Positions 12,358 through 25,224 of a DNA stretch of 64,000 nt are shown piece after piece. The translations under genes were made by a program, and so were the position numbers. The notes below the pieces were generated by a model. The model saw nothing but the letters and a program-made list of their open reading frames with translations, ran no database searches and was not told the DNA's origin. Source of the DNA: Octopus sinensis (Eukaryota); NCBI RefSeq assembly GCF_006345805.1, contig NC_043000.1, positions 40,052,001-40,116,000 on the forward strand, given 5' to 3'. The first letter of the stretch is position 1. Each line of letters opens with the position of its first letter.

Positions 12358-13522
12358 AGTGGCTGTGTGGTAAGAAGCTTGCTTCTCAACTATGTGGTTT
12401 AGGGTTCAGTCCCAGTGCGTGGTACTTTGGGCAGAATTTGATAGACTAGTCTATAAATTAAAACTGACCCCATAAAACAGTGACAAGCAAAATCTGTAAT
12501 AAGTCTTACATTTATACATATGCATAAATATATATACACATATAAACATATATGCATATGTATAAATATATATATACATATATATACATACATATATACA
12601 CATACACATATAAACATATATGCATATGAATATATATATATGCATATATACATATACATACATATATACACATACACATATAAACATATATGCATATGAA
12701 TATATATATATGCATATATACATATACATACATATATACACATACACATATAAACATATATGCATATGTATATATATATATGCATATATACATATACATA
12801 CATATATACACATACACATATAAACATATATGCATATGTATATATATATATGCATATATACATATACATACATATATACATATATACATATACATACATA
12901 CACATATATACATATACATACATACACATATATACACATACATACATACACATATATACACATACATACATACACATACATATATGTATACATACATATA
13001 CAAATATGTATACATACATATACAAATATGTATACATACATATACAAATATGTATACATACATATACAAATATGTATACATACATATACATATATGTATA
13101 CATACATATACATATATACATACACATATAACATATATGCATATGTATAAATATATATATACATATATATATACATACATATATACATATATATATATAC
13201 AAATATACATATATACACAGATATATACACATAGATATGTACACATAGATATAAATATATACATATATGTATACACACATATATATATACACACACATAC
13301 ATACATTTATATATACACATATATATATGTGTGTGTGTGTATATGTTTGTGTGTGTCCCCAGCATCGCTTGACAACCAATGCTGGTGTGTTTACGTTCCC
13401 GTAACTTAGCGATAGAATAAGTACTAGGCTTACAAAGAATAAGTCCTGGGGTCGATTTTCTTGACTAAGTGCGGTACTCCAGCATGGCCGCAGTCAAAAT
13501 GACTGAAACAAAAAAGTAAAGA
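12358..13522 (+). mobile_element. SINE family A whose interior is an approximately 830-bp complex microsatellite
   Basis: Head at 12358-12435, tail at 13345-13522, TA/CA array between them. Confidence 0.7.
12510..13340. repeat. Complex TA/CA microsatellite with 70-bp and 22-bp higher-order units
   Basis: Near-identical 70-bp units (ORF starts recur at 12620, 12690, 12760 and 12830), plus aaatatgtatacatacatatac repeats around 13000-13085. Confidence 0.85.
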
Positions 13523-14639
13523 GTATACACATATACATGTATGTATATATATATACATATATGTGCATGCATATATATGGGTGGTGGGTCCCAGTACCTC
13601 TTGACAACCAGTTTTGTCTTGCTTACATTGCAGTTCGACAAGAAGAGCGCGGTACAATAAGTACTGTGTTCGATCTCTTCAACTAAATCCTTGAGGACGG
13701 TACCCTACTGCAACGACCGAAACTAATGTAAGATAAAAGACATACACACAAGCAAAAGATGCTGAGAATCGAGGATGACAATACAGTATTGCAAGAAGTT
13801 CCTCATTCTCAGTTAGACTACGCTTCACGAAGGAAGTCTAATAAGAGCGAAACATGTTCTGAGTTGTGCTAAAATACTAAAGATCACAGTCTTTCTTGGT
13901 TCACTGTATCATGTATGCTAGCGCTCACTTCACTCTGGAGCAGAAACTCCCAAATGGTGTTACTGCTGTTTACTTAGCAATAAGGCAGTCCAAGTCGAAA
14001 AACAATGACGATCCAGTGTTTTTATCCGTGCAGAATATCTAGGAATCATTTAGTTTAATAGTCGATAGGTATATTTAGTTGCTATTTCTAGCTGATCATG
14101 CGACCATGTAGAGCCTCCCACAGGGTCGCCCGGGTGTTATTGTAAAAATCATAGAGCAGACGTTGTATAAATACATTTATTATACACACACACGTGTAAA
14201 GCCACACCTTCTAGATACAGAGACGTATGTATATTCAATATATTCAACTGACAACCAACTAACCGTGACCCGTTTGAATGCAGGTTCCCTATTCCACACA
14301 CACAGTGGCAGTTAAGATTGCCACCGTCCTAATCCTCAATATAGGTATTTACTGAGAACTTATAAAAGCGGTGGCCAAAATATGACAAAAAAATATAATA
14401 ACAATCAATATATGGAAAATAAATATATGGAAAAAGGCTATTGAAATTTAACAACTTTCGTATAGATTTCTCAACAATCATAGTAAAGTAAAAAAAAAAA
14501 AAAACAACAAAAAACTATTTTCAGAAATAGATTAGGTATCACGTGATTATCAACGAAGACAAATGGAGTTGTCGAGTCTCTACGGTAGCAAATGGTAACA
14601 AAATCGCCTGCATTATCACACACCCTTTTACTAGTTAGA

Positions 14640-14965
14640 GGTTTCAGTCATTGGACTGCAGCCATGCTGGCTGGAGCACCGCCTTGAAAGGTTTTAGTCG
14701 AACGAATTGACCCAAAAGACTTATTCTTTTTTAAATCCTGGTACCAATTGTATTGGTCTCTTTGCCGAACCGCTAAGTGACGGACACGCAAACAAACCAG
14801 CACCGGTTGTCAAGCTATGGTAGAGGACAAACACAGATATTCGACAAGCTTCTTTCAGTTTCCATCTACCAAATCCACTCACAGTGCTTTGGTCGGCCTG
14901 AAGCTATTGGAGAAGACACTTCCCCAAGGTGGAACAGAACCCGGAACATCTTAACAACGATTGCG
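14640..14965 (-). mobile_element. SINE family A, degenerate
   Basis: gtttcagtcattggactgcagccatgctgg...tttgccgaaccgctaag...ctttcagtttccatctaccaaatccactc. Confidence 0.75.
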
Positions 14966-15489
14966 CCTATACCCTACTGATGCTGATTTACAAAAAGACA
15001 GGATAGTCATGGCCGGAATATTTTTGATCATAAGTCTGTTCGACCAGTTCACATTAAGTTTAGCGAAAAGCACCAACATATGCCAAACAGTTGATGGCAA
15101 AGATGTGTAGATAGGAATAAAAGGTCACCATCCGTAATATATAAGTTATCAGCTCTAACTTTTGTCGTCCTCCTTTGGAAAAGCAAAGACAAAACCCGGT
15201 CGGGTTTGAACTTAAAATGCAGCATTTAACAGATACGTTTATTTCAAGAGGAAGCGTATTTATATAGACGACTGAATCGATACTAGGTGAAGATATTTGA
15301 AGAGGAACATAACTAAATACTGCTTCACACACAAGTGCTTGTGTGTGTATATGTATGTATTAGAACCGGCTATGTGAACACACTGAATATGTGGTGAACG
15401 CGATTACAGGCCCGTTACCTCTCTCTTATTCATATATATATATATATGTACTTCATCTCATAGTGTACAATGTTATAATACACGTAATA

Positions 15490-15652
15490 ATGGTTTCAAA
15501 ATCTGAAATAAGGCCAGCAATTTCGGGGGAAGGTATAAGTCGATTACATTGACCCCCAAAAGTATGATAGGCAAAATCGACCTCGGCGGAATTTAAACTC
15601 AGATTGTAAAGACGAACGAAATGCTGCTAACGATTCTTCCAGCTCGCCGCCT
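15490..15652 (-). mobile_element. SINE family B (tail type 2), internally deleted
   Basis: ggcaaaatcgacctcggcggaatttaaactcag...ccagctcgccgcc. Confidence 0.7.
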
Positions 15653-18600
15653 TAATATATACATAACAATGAAACAATCAAACGTCGTTAAATATAATTC
15701 ACGTGTTCCGGCCACATGCGACAAAAACTATCAAGTACAGGCAGAACAGGGAAAGGAGACTCAAGAAAATAAGTAGTCACATATAAGCGTTTTGCGAAGG
15801 CATTTCGTAAATTAGCGTCAAGTGTGCACATAAAGTAGCGACAATCAATACCTAGTCTCGGGCGTGGCACAGCCTGTCCTGCCACTACTCACTCCAACAC
15901 TAAGTTTGCAGTTACGGCTTTTGTTTGTTTTTATCCCAACAGCGAACAGCTTTATATAGAATGCATGTTTATTAAAACAGAAAATTCTAATCATTAACCA
16001 CTTTTTCTGTCGATACACAGGACATTTACCTGGCATCCATGCATCATATATGATACACATCCCTAATTTAGTTATCGATCAGATTAATTTGGGATTTATG
16101 CTTTCGTTTAGGACAAGCTTAAGAAAATATTTTGGACAGGGAAAGTGTTAAAGTCATGAAGCTTCATAAATGAATAAAGTTTCTGAGTAACGTTGAAGTT
16201 CACACACACACATGTATATATAGCGAACGCAAATACATGCAGCCACATGTATAAAAAAAATCTCAGGTAACACACACACACACGTTCCCTGTATTTGTGT
16301 CCAGATAACATTAAGCGAAAATGCATAACTTCTTTTAAAGAAATTCGTTGGATGATTTTTCTCGTTCAAAAACTATCTTATAATAATGATAATAGAAGGC
16401 ATATATGAATTCAGATTAGTGGGAGGCAGAAAATGTGATCACTGAATCAGTCAGTTTTCGAGGGAAAAATTTCTGTGATAATAGTGACCTACTTTGTCTA
16501 CCTGTCTCACGAAACTACAACTAATATAAAGATAAACTTATTTTAAAATTTTGACTATAAACAGCATCGTAGTAAATTTGCTTTTTTTTTTTTTTTTAGA
16601 TGACGGGCCACTACGAAAATTCAGTTTTCATCAATTACCACAAACTAACACTACTTATAATTAATGGACAAGTAAAGAAAATAGCATATTGTCACACTGT
16701 GTGTGTTTTAGGGACTTTCACCTGTAGGGGTTAATGCTTGTGAAGTGAAAAAACGAATAAATTCAATCGGATTTCGAAGCCGGGTTATCGATTTAGTTTG
16801 CCGGGACGTTGCAGCGAGTAAACTTATATCAAAAACAATACATGTAATAGGAAATTTAAATCAATTTATTGAAAAACTACTTGCTTTAGTGGAGATATTA
16901 AAAATTCCCCACTTTATCTAACACGCGAACTTGTCACGTTTCATGTACTAAACTCAAAAGATTACCTGAATGTTAATTTTTTGAATTGGATCAAAACAAA
17001 GTTTTATTAATTTTTTATGCGAGATTGAAAAATAGGAAGTTGTGATGTTCATGGCTCACTAAGGACTACTATCAGCAAAACTGAAATGAGAGAAATCGAA
17101 CAGAATTCCACGATTTCACTCGCCAAAAGTTTTACCTGTTGAACAGTGTTCACGTTATACCTGAATAGCTCAAATTTTATAGGTGAAGGAATTATGGGAG
17201 AATGCAAGATGACTTCCCTTCAAAAGGCTTAATCTGTTAATGTCCCAAATAGATATATTCATAAGCTGTAGATTAAAAGATTCTAAATGACCTTTTAATA
17301 TTGCCCTACAAAATATCAAAATTTATAGTTGTGTATTTAGAGAGAGAATGAATGGCAAAGTCGACACCGGCGGGATTTGAACGCAAAATGTTATGGTAAT
17401 GCTTTTCAACTTTTTAATATTTTGTCTGTCCAAAGCATTTTCATAAGTTTGTCTGAAACGTCCATGCCTGTCTTCAGACTTTTATTTGGTCTTAGTTTCA
17501 TACGTTCTGAGTAATATAAAGGTTTCCTTTCGTAAGTTCCAAGTTGGAAAAAATAAATCAGAATGTGTATATACGATGCATGGACGCCAGGGAAATTTGT
17601 CATTCCTGTCAAAAGGTTAAAAATGGCAAAACATTTTTGATACCATTAAAAGTGACACGACATACAATAAATATGCATACTTAATGAAAACTATATAACC
17701 GTTAAATAGCAAGTTTTCAGATTCGTTTGAGAGTATGCATGAGCAGCCCAAAGAAGTTGCTGTTTAATTTACGAATGTGGAAAGAAAAAAAAATACCAGT
17801 AAGAAAATAATATGACCACGGACAATTTCACAACGCACCTGTTTAGTTTTGTAACACTCATGTTAGAAAACACTGATATAAAGAGGTGTAATTGAAATAG
17901 CACAAAACTTTTTGTCCGGAGGTGCGCTATCGATTTTCAAAATTTACCAGCCGGTGATAACGATTTCTAACAGACACAACCTCCAGAGATTTGGAGGGTG
18001 AAAAATATACATATATGCAGTAAGATTATAATACGATTAAATTATAAATATTAGAATGGGGTTCTTCGTGTTTGTTTGCCATATTCTTGCCAATAACATC
18101 TGTTATTAATGGTGGAATGTGGAGAAGCTATTGCAATTGAGAGGTGTCAACGTTCTAAAGAAAATGACTAGAAGAAAAAAGTGAAAGATAGGTATACTTA
18201 AAAGTCAAACATAAAAATTTAAAACGGACCCCACCCTCCAATAGCTTACAGGCAATATGGCACACACGTACCTGTAAATTCACACACTCGTATGTATGTA
18301 TAGATATAGTCAGACAGAAAAGTGTGTGTATATATATATATATGTTCGTTTTGAATATCATATTTTGTCTGTCCAAAGCATTTTCATAAGTTTGTCTGAA
18401 ACTATATATATATATAAACACAATCTATATTTCATTAACAAAGATTGACAAAATAATAATTATAGGTTTAGGCAATGTTGTAAAAGAGGGGCTTAAGACT
18501 GTTCAGGTAAAAACGACGTGGGACATTTTGAATATACATAAGTGTGTGAGTACAAAGTTGAAATGATTATTAGGATCTTTAATGGGACCACTTTAGAAAA

Positions 18601-19350
18601 CAATAATCTGTAGATAATATTAAACAATATCCTCAATATGTCTGAGACAGATATTTTGATGGCATTATCATAATAAGCGGCTATTACGGTAAAATATAAA
18701 CCGGCGAGTAAAAATTGATTGGAGTGCGAGTTAGTGGAATATCATATTACAGGTAACGCAACACCTTTAACAAGTAGCGAGTTACTTTCGAATTAGTTTA
18801 ATCAACTTAAATAACATATGAAGTTTTTTCCGTATTTTATCGGAGTTTTAAATGGCAGTAAAGAAATAGGACGATCGAAGAAAATAACGAAATGCTTTCA
18901 AAACCTTAGTTCGTAAAACAAATTTATATATATATATATATATATATAACCGTCTTAAACGCGGAAAATTAAAAATAAAACATCTTTAAAAAAAATTTTA
19001 ATCTCGCGCGAAACATTAATACAAATAATAATAATGATAACGAAACACGTACCTTTTTGTATTTTGTAATTTACAAACTTCAAAAAGAAGTCCCTCACCA
19101 CCGATGGTCCAGGTTAAGTTTATTTTTGAAATTTCCTTCGGGTGTCTACGTGAGCACAAAAGGCGTGACGTAAACACGTTGGTACACCTGTAGCTGTTTG
19201 TCGTCCGTGATTTGAATACGTTAGGTTAACAGGTAGGTAGGTAGAAAGTTAGCTAGCCAGCTAGGTCGTTCGACTTGCTTGCTTACAATGGGTGACAGTT
19301 ACCTTGCAAGTCGTAGCAGCCGACAGTGAAATATTTCGGAATATTTTTGA

Positions 19351-19353
<3 letters not shown>

Positions 19354-19390
<37 letters not shown>

Positions 19391-19615
19391 TGAATATATA
19401 TTTCGTTAAAAAAAAATCACACACATATATACATAAATATTAACATATATATATATATATATAGTGTGTCTGCATATATACATATATATATATATTATAT
19501 ATATATATATGTATATATATATATAATATATATATATGTATAATATATATATATGTATATATATATATGTATATATATATATATGTATATTATATATATG
19601 TATATATATATAATG

Positions 19616-19646
<31 letters not shown>

Positions 19647-20080
19647 TATGTATATATTGTATATGTATATATATGTATATATATGTATATGTATATATAT
19701 GTATATATATATATGTATGTATATGTATATATATATGTATATATATGTATGTATATGTATATATATATGTATATGTATGTATATGTATATATATATGTAT
19801 ATATATGTATATGTATGTATATGTATATATATGTATATGTATATATATGTATATGTATAAATATATATATGTATAAATATATATATGTATATATATATGT
19901 GTATATGGTGTCTGCATATATACATGCATATGTGTGTAGATAAGTATACATACTTTATGTGTATGTATGCATATGTATATATATATATATTATTCGCATA
20001 CATATATTTATATGCATGCATATATATCTATATGCATATATAAATATATATATATTCGCATACATATATTTATATGTATG
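19354..20080. repeat. (TA)n/(TATG)n complex microsatellite
   Basis: Direct inspection. Confidence 0.95.
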
Positions 20081-20082
20081 CA

Positions 20083-20640
20083 TCTTCATCGTTTGACGTC
20101 CGCTTTCCATGCTGGCATGGGATGGACGGTTCACCTGGGGTCCGGGAAGCCCTTCTATAGCTGGATGCCCTTCCTGACGCCAATCACTCTGAGAATCTAG
20201 TGGGTGCTTTATTTATGTGCCACTGGCACAGGGGCAAGAGGGGGCTGGCATAAGCTACGTTCAGGTGGTGCTATTTACATGCCACCGGCACAGGGATCAC
20301 AACTACAATTTCCATTTGATTGTGATTTGATGTTGATGTACTTAACTCAATAGATTTCCTCAGGCATGGCATGTCACCCTACGATCCAAGGTACTTTTGA
20401 GTGGGCTGATTATGCAACACTGGTGTAGGTTACAGCTGTGAACTCACTTTATTTGTTGGATCTTCTCAGTCACAGCATATCTCCAGAAGCCTTGGTCTTT
20501 TTTCATTGCCTCAATGAGGCCCAATATTCGAAGGGCATGCTTGACCACCTCAACCCATGTCTTCCTGGGTCTCTCTCTACCCTAGATTCCTTCCACTATT
20601 TGGGAGTGGCACTTCACACAGCTCTCCTCATCCTGTCTGA
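20083..20640 (-). mobile_element. RTE-clade LINE 3' fragment
   Basis: Reverse-complement homolog of 3790-4290 (catcgtttgacgtccgctttccatgctggcatggg; ctggatgcccttcct; gtcttcctgggtctct encoding the RPRKTW region). Confidence 0.7.
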
Positions 20641-20802
20641 AAAGACAATCTTTTCTCCAGTACTGGTATCATAGTCACACTTGGAATATATATATATGCA
20701 TATGTATATATATGCATATGTATTTACCAGGTGGTGCTATTAAGTTAGACATGGCCTGGGCCAATAATGGCCGAAACCTATCAAAGTATCAAAGTATCAA
20801 AG

Positions 20803-20830
<28 letters not shown>

Positions 20831-20834
<4 letters not shown>

Positions 20835-21550
20835 TAATTAATAAGGGTGAGAGAATTAGATACTAATTTAATAGTATATCCATTCAACACCAAGTGGTCT
20901 AGTGCTCGAGAAACCTGGATTATTATAATATTTTATAATATATTATAATATTTTTACAAAATAAATATAAGAGAGTGGTCACTATATGGCTCACTCTAGC
21001 ACCAGTTAATCCAAAGGTTTCAACCACTAAAAATACATGTTTCCCATGAAAGTCAGTACGATTGTTAGCTCACACGGACAGGGCAAATAAAAAATAACAA
21101 AAATACAGATTATTTTGGGACAATTGTTTCGCTATTAATGAATTAAATGTAATTTTACTTACAAAAAAATCCACTTGTAGCTCGTCGGCCAAAACTATCT
21201 GGATGAAATCCACTCAATCACACGCCAGATTTTACCATAACGATAAATACGCGTGTGGTTCAATTGATTACATCCGACGTTATAATTCAAATGCCCCAAC
21301 TAACAGCGCGCCAAACTTTCACGGAAAACAAATACAGCATTTAGAAATAAATGCAGCATAATTATAATTAATTAATAAGGGTGAGAGAATTAGATACTAA
21401 TTTAATAGTATATCCATTCAACACCAAGTGGTCTAGTGCTCCGAGAAACCTGACTTTCATGGGAAACATGTATTTTTAGTGGTTGAAACCTTTTGGATTA
21501 ACTGGTGCTAGAGTGAGCCATATAGGGACCACTCTCTTATATTTATTTTA
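20831..21550. mobile_element. Rearranged Penelope-like terminal-repeat cluster
   Basis: Direct repeat at 20831-20917 / 21365-21452, inverted repeat at 20958-21056 / 21449-21550, hammerhead-like motif inside. Confidence 0.6.
21113..21194 (-). ncRNA. Type I hammerhead ribozyme-like motif (U4C variant, long stem II loop)
   Basis: Minus strand reads ttttgg-CCGACGA-gcta...tagc-GAAA-caattg-TC-ccaaaa, with a 6-bp stem I, palindromic stem III and GUC site. Confidence 0.65.
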
Positions 21551-21801
21551 TTATTATATATATATATATATATATATATGCACATATATATATATAATAT
21601 GCACATATATATATATATCTATATGCACATATATATATATATATATATATGCACACATATATATGCACATATATATATATATATATATGCACACATATAT
21701 GCACATATATATATATATATATATATTTATGCACATATATATATATATGCATATATATATATATATATGCACATATATATATATATATGCACATATATAT
21801 A

Positions 21802-21843
<42 letters not shown>

Positions 21844-21874
21844 CATAAATACACACACACACACTCACATATAA

Positions 21875-23370
21875 GCTAAAGGAGCAAATGATATTCCCAA
21901 TCCATAAAGGGGGAAGCAGTGCAGATGCCAAAACTATAGGCCTATCTCTCTCATTTCACACATCAGCAAAGTCATGGAATGGATAGTCAGAGGAAAACTA
22001 ATTGCATTCCTTGAAGAAAGTAACTTGCAGAGTGATACCTAGCATGGCTTTCCACCAGGTAGGAGCTGCCCTACTCAGCTCTTACAACATTATGACTGGA
22101 TGTTGAGGCAATTACTCAACAACTCAAATGTGGACATAACACACCTTGATTTTACAAAAGCTTTTGACATAGTGGATCATGGTATGATATGCCACAAACT
22201 GCGTGATCTTGGCATAGCTGGAAAACTTGGAGAGTGGTTACATGACTTTCTGAAAGATAGAAGTCAAGCACTATTGGCCAATGGAGCCACCTCAATGAAA
22301 GCACAAATAGTGAGCGGTGTTCCACAGGGCACTGTCTTGGAACCACTGCATTTCATAGTGGCCCTCTCAGGTATGCTCTCAACTGCCCGGATAGCCACCC
22401 TTGCTAACAACACAGACGATACGAAAGTTTTGCAGAAAATATAGAACCCCAGCGATATTGCACATCTGCAACAAGAGTTGGACTCAATTTACAGATGGGT
22501 TGGGAATAATAATATGCAGTTTAATGCTGAAAACTTCCAAGCCCTGTGCTACCAGCATCCAAAACTGAATATAAAACTTACAGGGTCCACTGGTCCACAG
22601 GGAATTTCAATCCCAGAGCCTAAATCAGTGAGGGACCTGGGAATCAACAATGGTTACGATACCATTACCAGGATGGTGACAAAGTGCAGATGACTGGCTG
22701 GATGGATCCTGAAAATATTCAGAACCAGAGATAAAGAAACCATAATGGTCCTGTGGGAGGACATTCATCCTGAGCCACATGGATTACTGCTCCCAGCAAT
22801 GGTCACCCAACAGTGTAAAATTGATAGTGGACCTTTACGCAATCCAGTGAAGATTCACAAAGAAGATCATTTATTTGCAACTCCTCGGCTATTGGGAAAA
22901 GCTGAAACAGCTAAAACTCTACTCCCTGGAGCGAAGGCGGGAGAGGTATGTAGTAATATACATCTGAAAGATCCTGGAAGAAATTGTGCCAAATTTTGGA
23001 TTTGAAAGCCACACCAATACCAGAACAGGTCAACACTGCATAGTGCCAAAGATTCCAGCAATGCCATCATGCTTCAGGACCAGTTACTGCAACAGCTGCA
23101 GTTGCAGGGGCCCACAGATTTTTAATATTCTCCCAAAGAGCCTGAGGAACCTGCCCAATGTTGATGTAGTCATTTTAAAATCAAGGCTGGACCTCTTCCT
23201 GCTGAGAGTCCCAGATGAACCTACTTTACGGCAAGAGGTGCAAATGAGGGGGGCTACATCAAACTCCATTCTTCACCAAGTGCCACATATTGGAGGAAGC
23301 TTTCAGGAATAACAGTGTAGTAAAATGGCAGCGCATCAGCATGGCCACAGCTCTGAGCTGAAACTACAGA
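21875..23370 (+). pseudogene. CR1-group LINE, 5'-truncated reverse transcriptase pseudogene with intact 3' tail
   Basis: PIHKGG..YRPISL, DFTKAFDIVDH, SGVPQGTVL, TDDTK, VRDLGI and GPQIFNILP..LDLFLLRVPDEP across several frameshifts and stops. Confidence 0.9.
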
Positions 23371-23399
23371 GAAAAAAATATATATATATATGCATAAAT

Positions 23400-23501
<102 letters not shown>

Positions 23502-23621
23502 TGAATACATACATATATATATATATATATGCATGAATATATATATAATATATATATATATGCATGAATATATATATGTATATATATATATATATATTTA
23601 TGCATATATGTATATATATAT

Positions 23622-23681
<60 letters not shown>

Positions 23682-23735
23682 CGTTTAAATATTTGTTGTG
23701 CAAGATTTTTTATGTGAAGTCATGTATTGAAACAG

Positions 23736-24169
23736 ATATTGTTATATTTCAGAATGATCATTTTGCCAGTTTAGCCAATAAAAACACACGCACTATATAT
23801 TTGGTGTTATTTATTTTTTACATTAATCTTAATCTTATTTCGGCCAGAGTTCTTTCGTCACACTCCTGTGACCGCATCAGTGGTCCTTTGTTTTCTTCTT
23901 TCTTATTTGTGTCTCTCCTTACTAACCGTCAGCCATTTTGTATTTCTATACAATAATAGAAATACAAAATGGCTGACGGTTAGTAAGGGGAGACACAAAT
24001 AAGAAAGAAGAAAACAAAGAACCACTGATGAGGTCACAGGAGTGTGACGAAAGAACTCTGGCCGAAATAAGATTAAGATTAATGTAAAAAATAAATAACA
24101 CCAAATATATAGTGCGTGTGTTTTTATTGGCTAAACTGGCAAAATGACCATTCCGAAATATAACAATAT
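23736..24169. repeat. Near-perfect palindrome (arms about 214 bp, 6-nt spacer), Penelope-type
   Basis: 23736-23949 is reverse-complementary to 23956-24169; the ORF track shows the same peptide on both strands. Confidence 0.9.
24022..24061 (+). ncRNA. Minimal hammerhead ribozyme-like motif
   Basis: cca-CTGATGA-g-gtcac-aggagt-gtgac-GAAA-gaac-TC-tgg; the mirror copy in the left arm has CTGATGC. Confidence 0.6.
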
Positions 24170-25224
24170 ATATATATATATATATATATGCATAAATATA
24201 TATATATATATGTATACATGCACACACATACATATATATATTTGCATGTACATATGTATGTGCATAAGTATGTTATATACATGTGTGCATAATATAGGTG
24301 TTTTTATAGACATTAGATGTATGTGTAGGGGTGTGTAACTTCACCCCACCACTAAGACTGATTAGAAAAATCATTAATTTATATTAATCATATACACCAC
24401 TTCAATATTTTGAAAAATAAAAAAATTCTCAGGAAACAAAAATAGTGTGAAATCATGTTTTAGGTTCAATCATCATCATCATCATCATCATCATCATTTA
24501 ATGTCTTTTGTGTATGCTAGCATGGGTTATTAAAAGAAATATTTTTTACACATCTTTAATGGAACTCTACTAGAACCAGACTTTGGATGGCTTTGATGCA
24601 ACAGTTCTGAGTGAATCTTGTTTCTTGAACTAACCAAAGATTGTCAGTGTGTTTTTATCCAAAATATTATAAATGTATGTTGTATATATTTTATGTATTA
24701 ATAAACCCAGGCAAGACTGTGCGTGGTTGCTAGTACTATCATCATCATCATTTAACGTTCACCTTCCATATTGGAATTGTGAACAGGGTTCAATGAGCCA
24801 AAGGAGCATGCCGTGCCACAATATCTGCTTTGGCATAGTTTCTATGGTTGCATTCCTTTTCTGATGCCAACCACTTAGTGTATTGGATGCTGTTTCTGTG
24901 GAACCATCACTAGAGAGGTTGTTGTGCAATTTGAAAGACTAAGAGCTTAATGTGATCCCTATAACTAAAATAGAAAGAGAGAGGGTGCAATGATTCCAGG
25001 TAACATGACAGAAGAGGGTAAAGTATGAGGAGAGGAACAGATTTATGATTGTGAGAGAGAGGGAGTGGAGAAAGTAACAGAAGTCACTATTGGAGGAAGG
25101 TGTATAGCAGGAACAGGGGAATGGAAAAGGATTAGTGCCAATGGTTAGTGAGAAAAGAAGGAGCAAATTTGATAAGAGTGATGATGTGGGTTGTGTAGGA
25201 AAGTCCAAGGTTAGTTTATACCTA

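Noticed and set aside
12399-13409. Long ORFs of 239-326 aa rich in Y/I/C/V/M/H/T (also near 19.5, 21.6, 23.4, 41.4 and 63 kb)
   Set aside because: Stop-free microsatellite frames open on both strands; no domain content.
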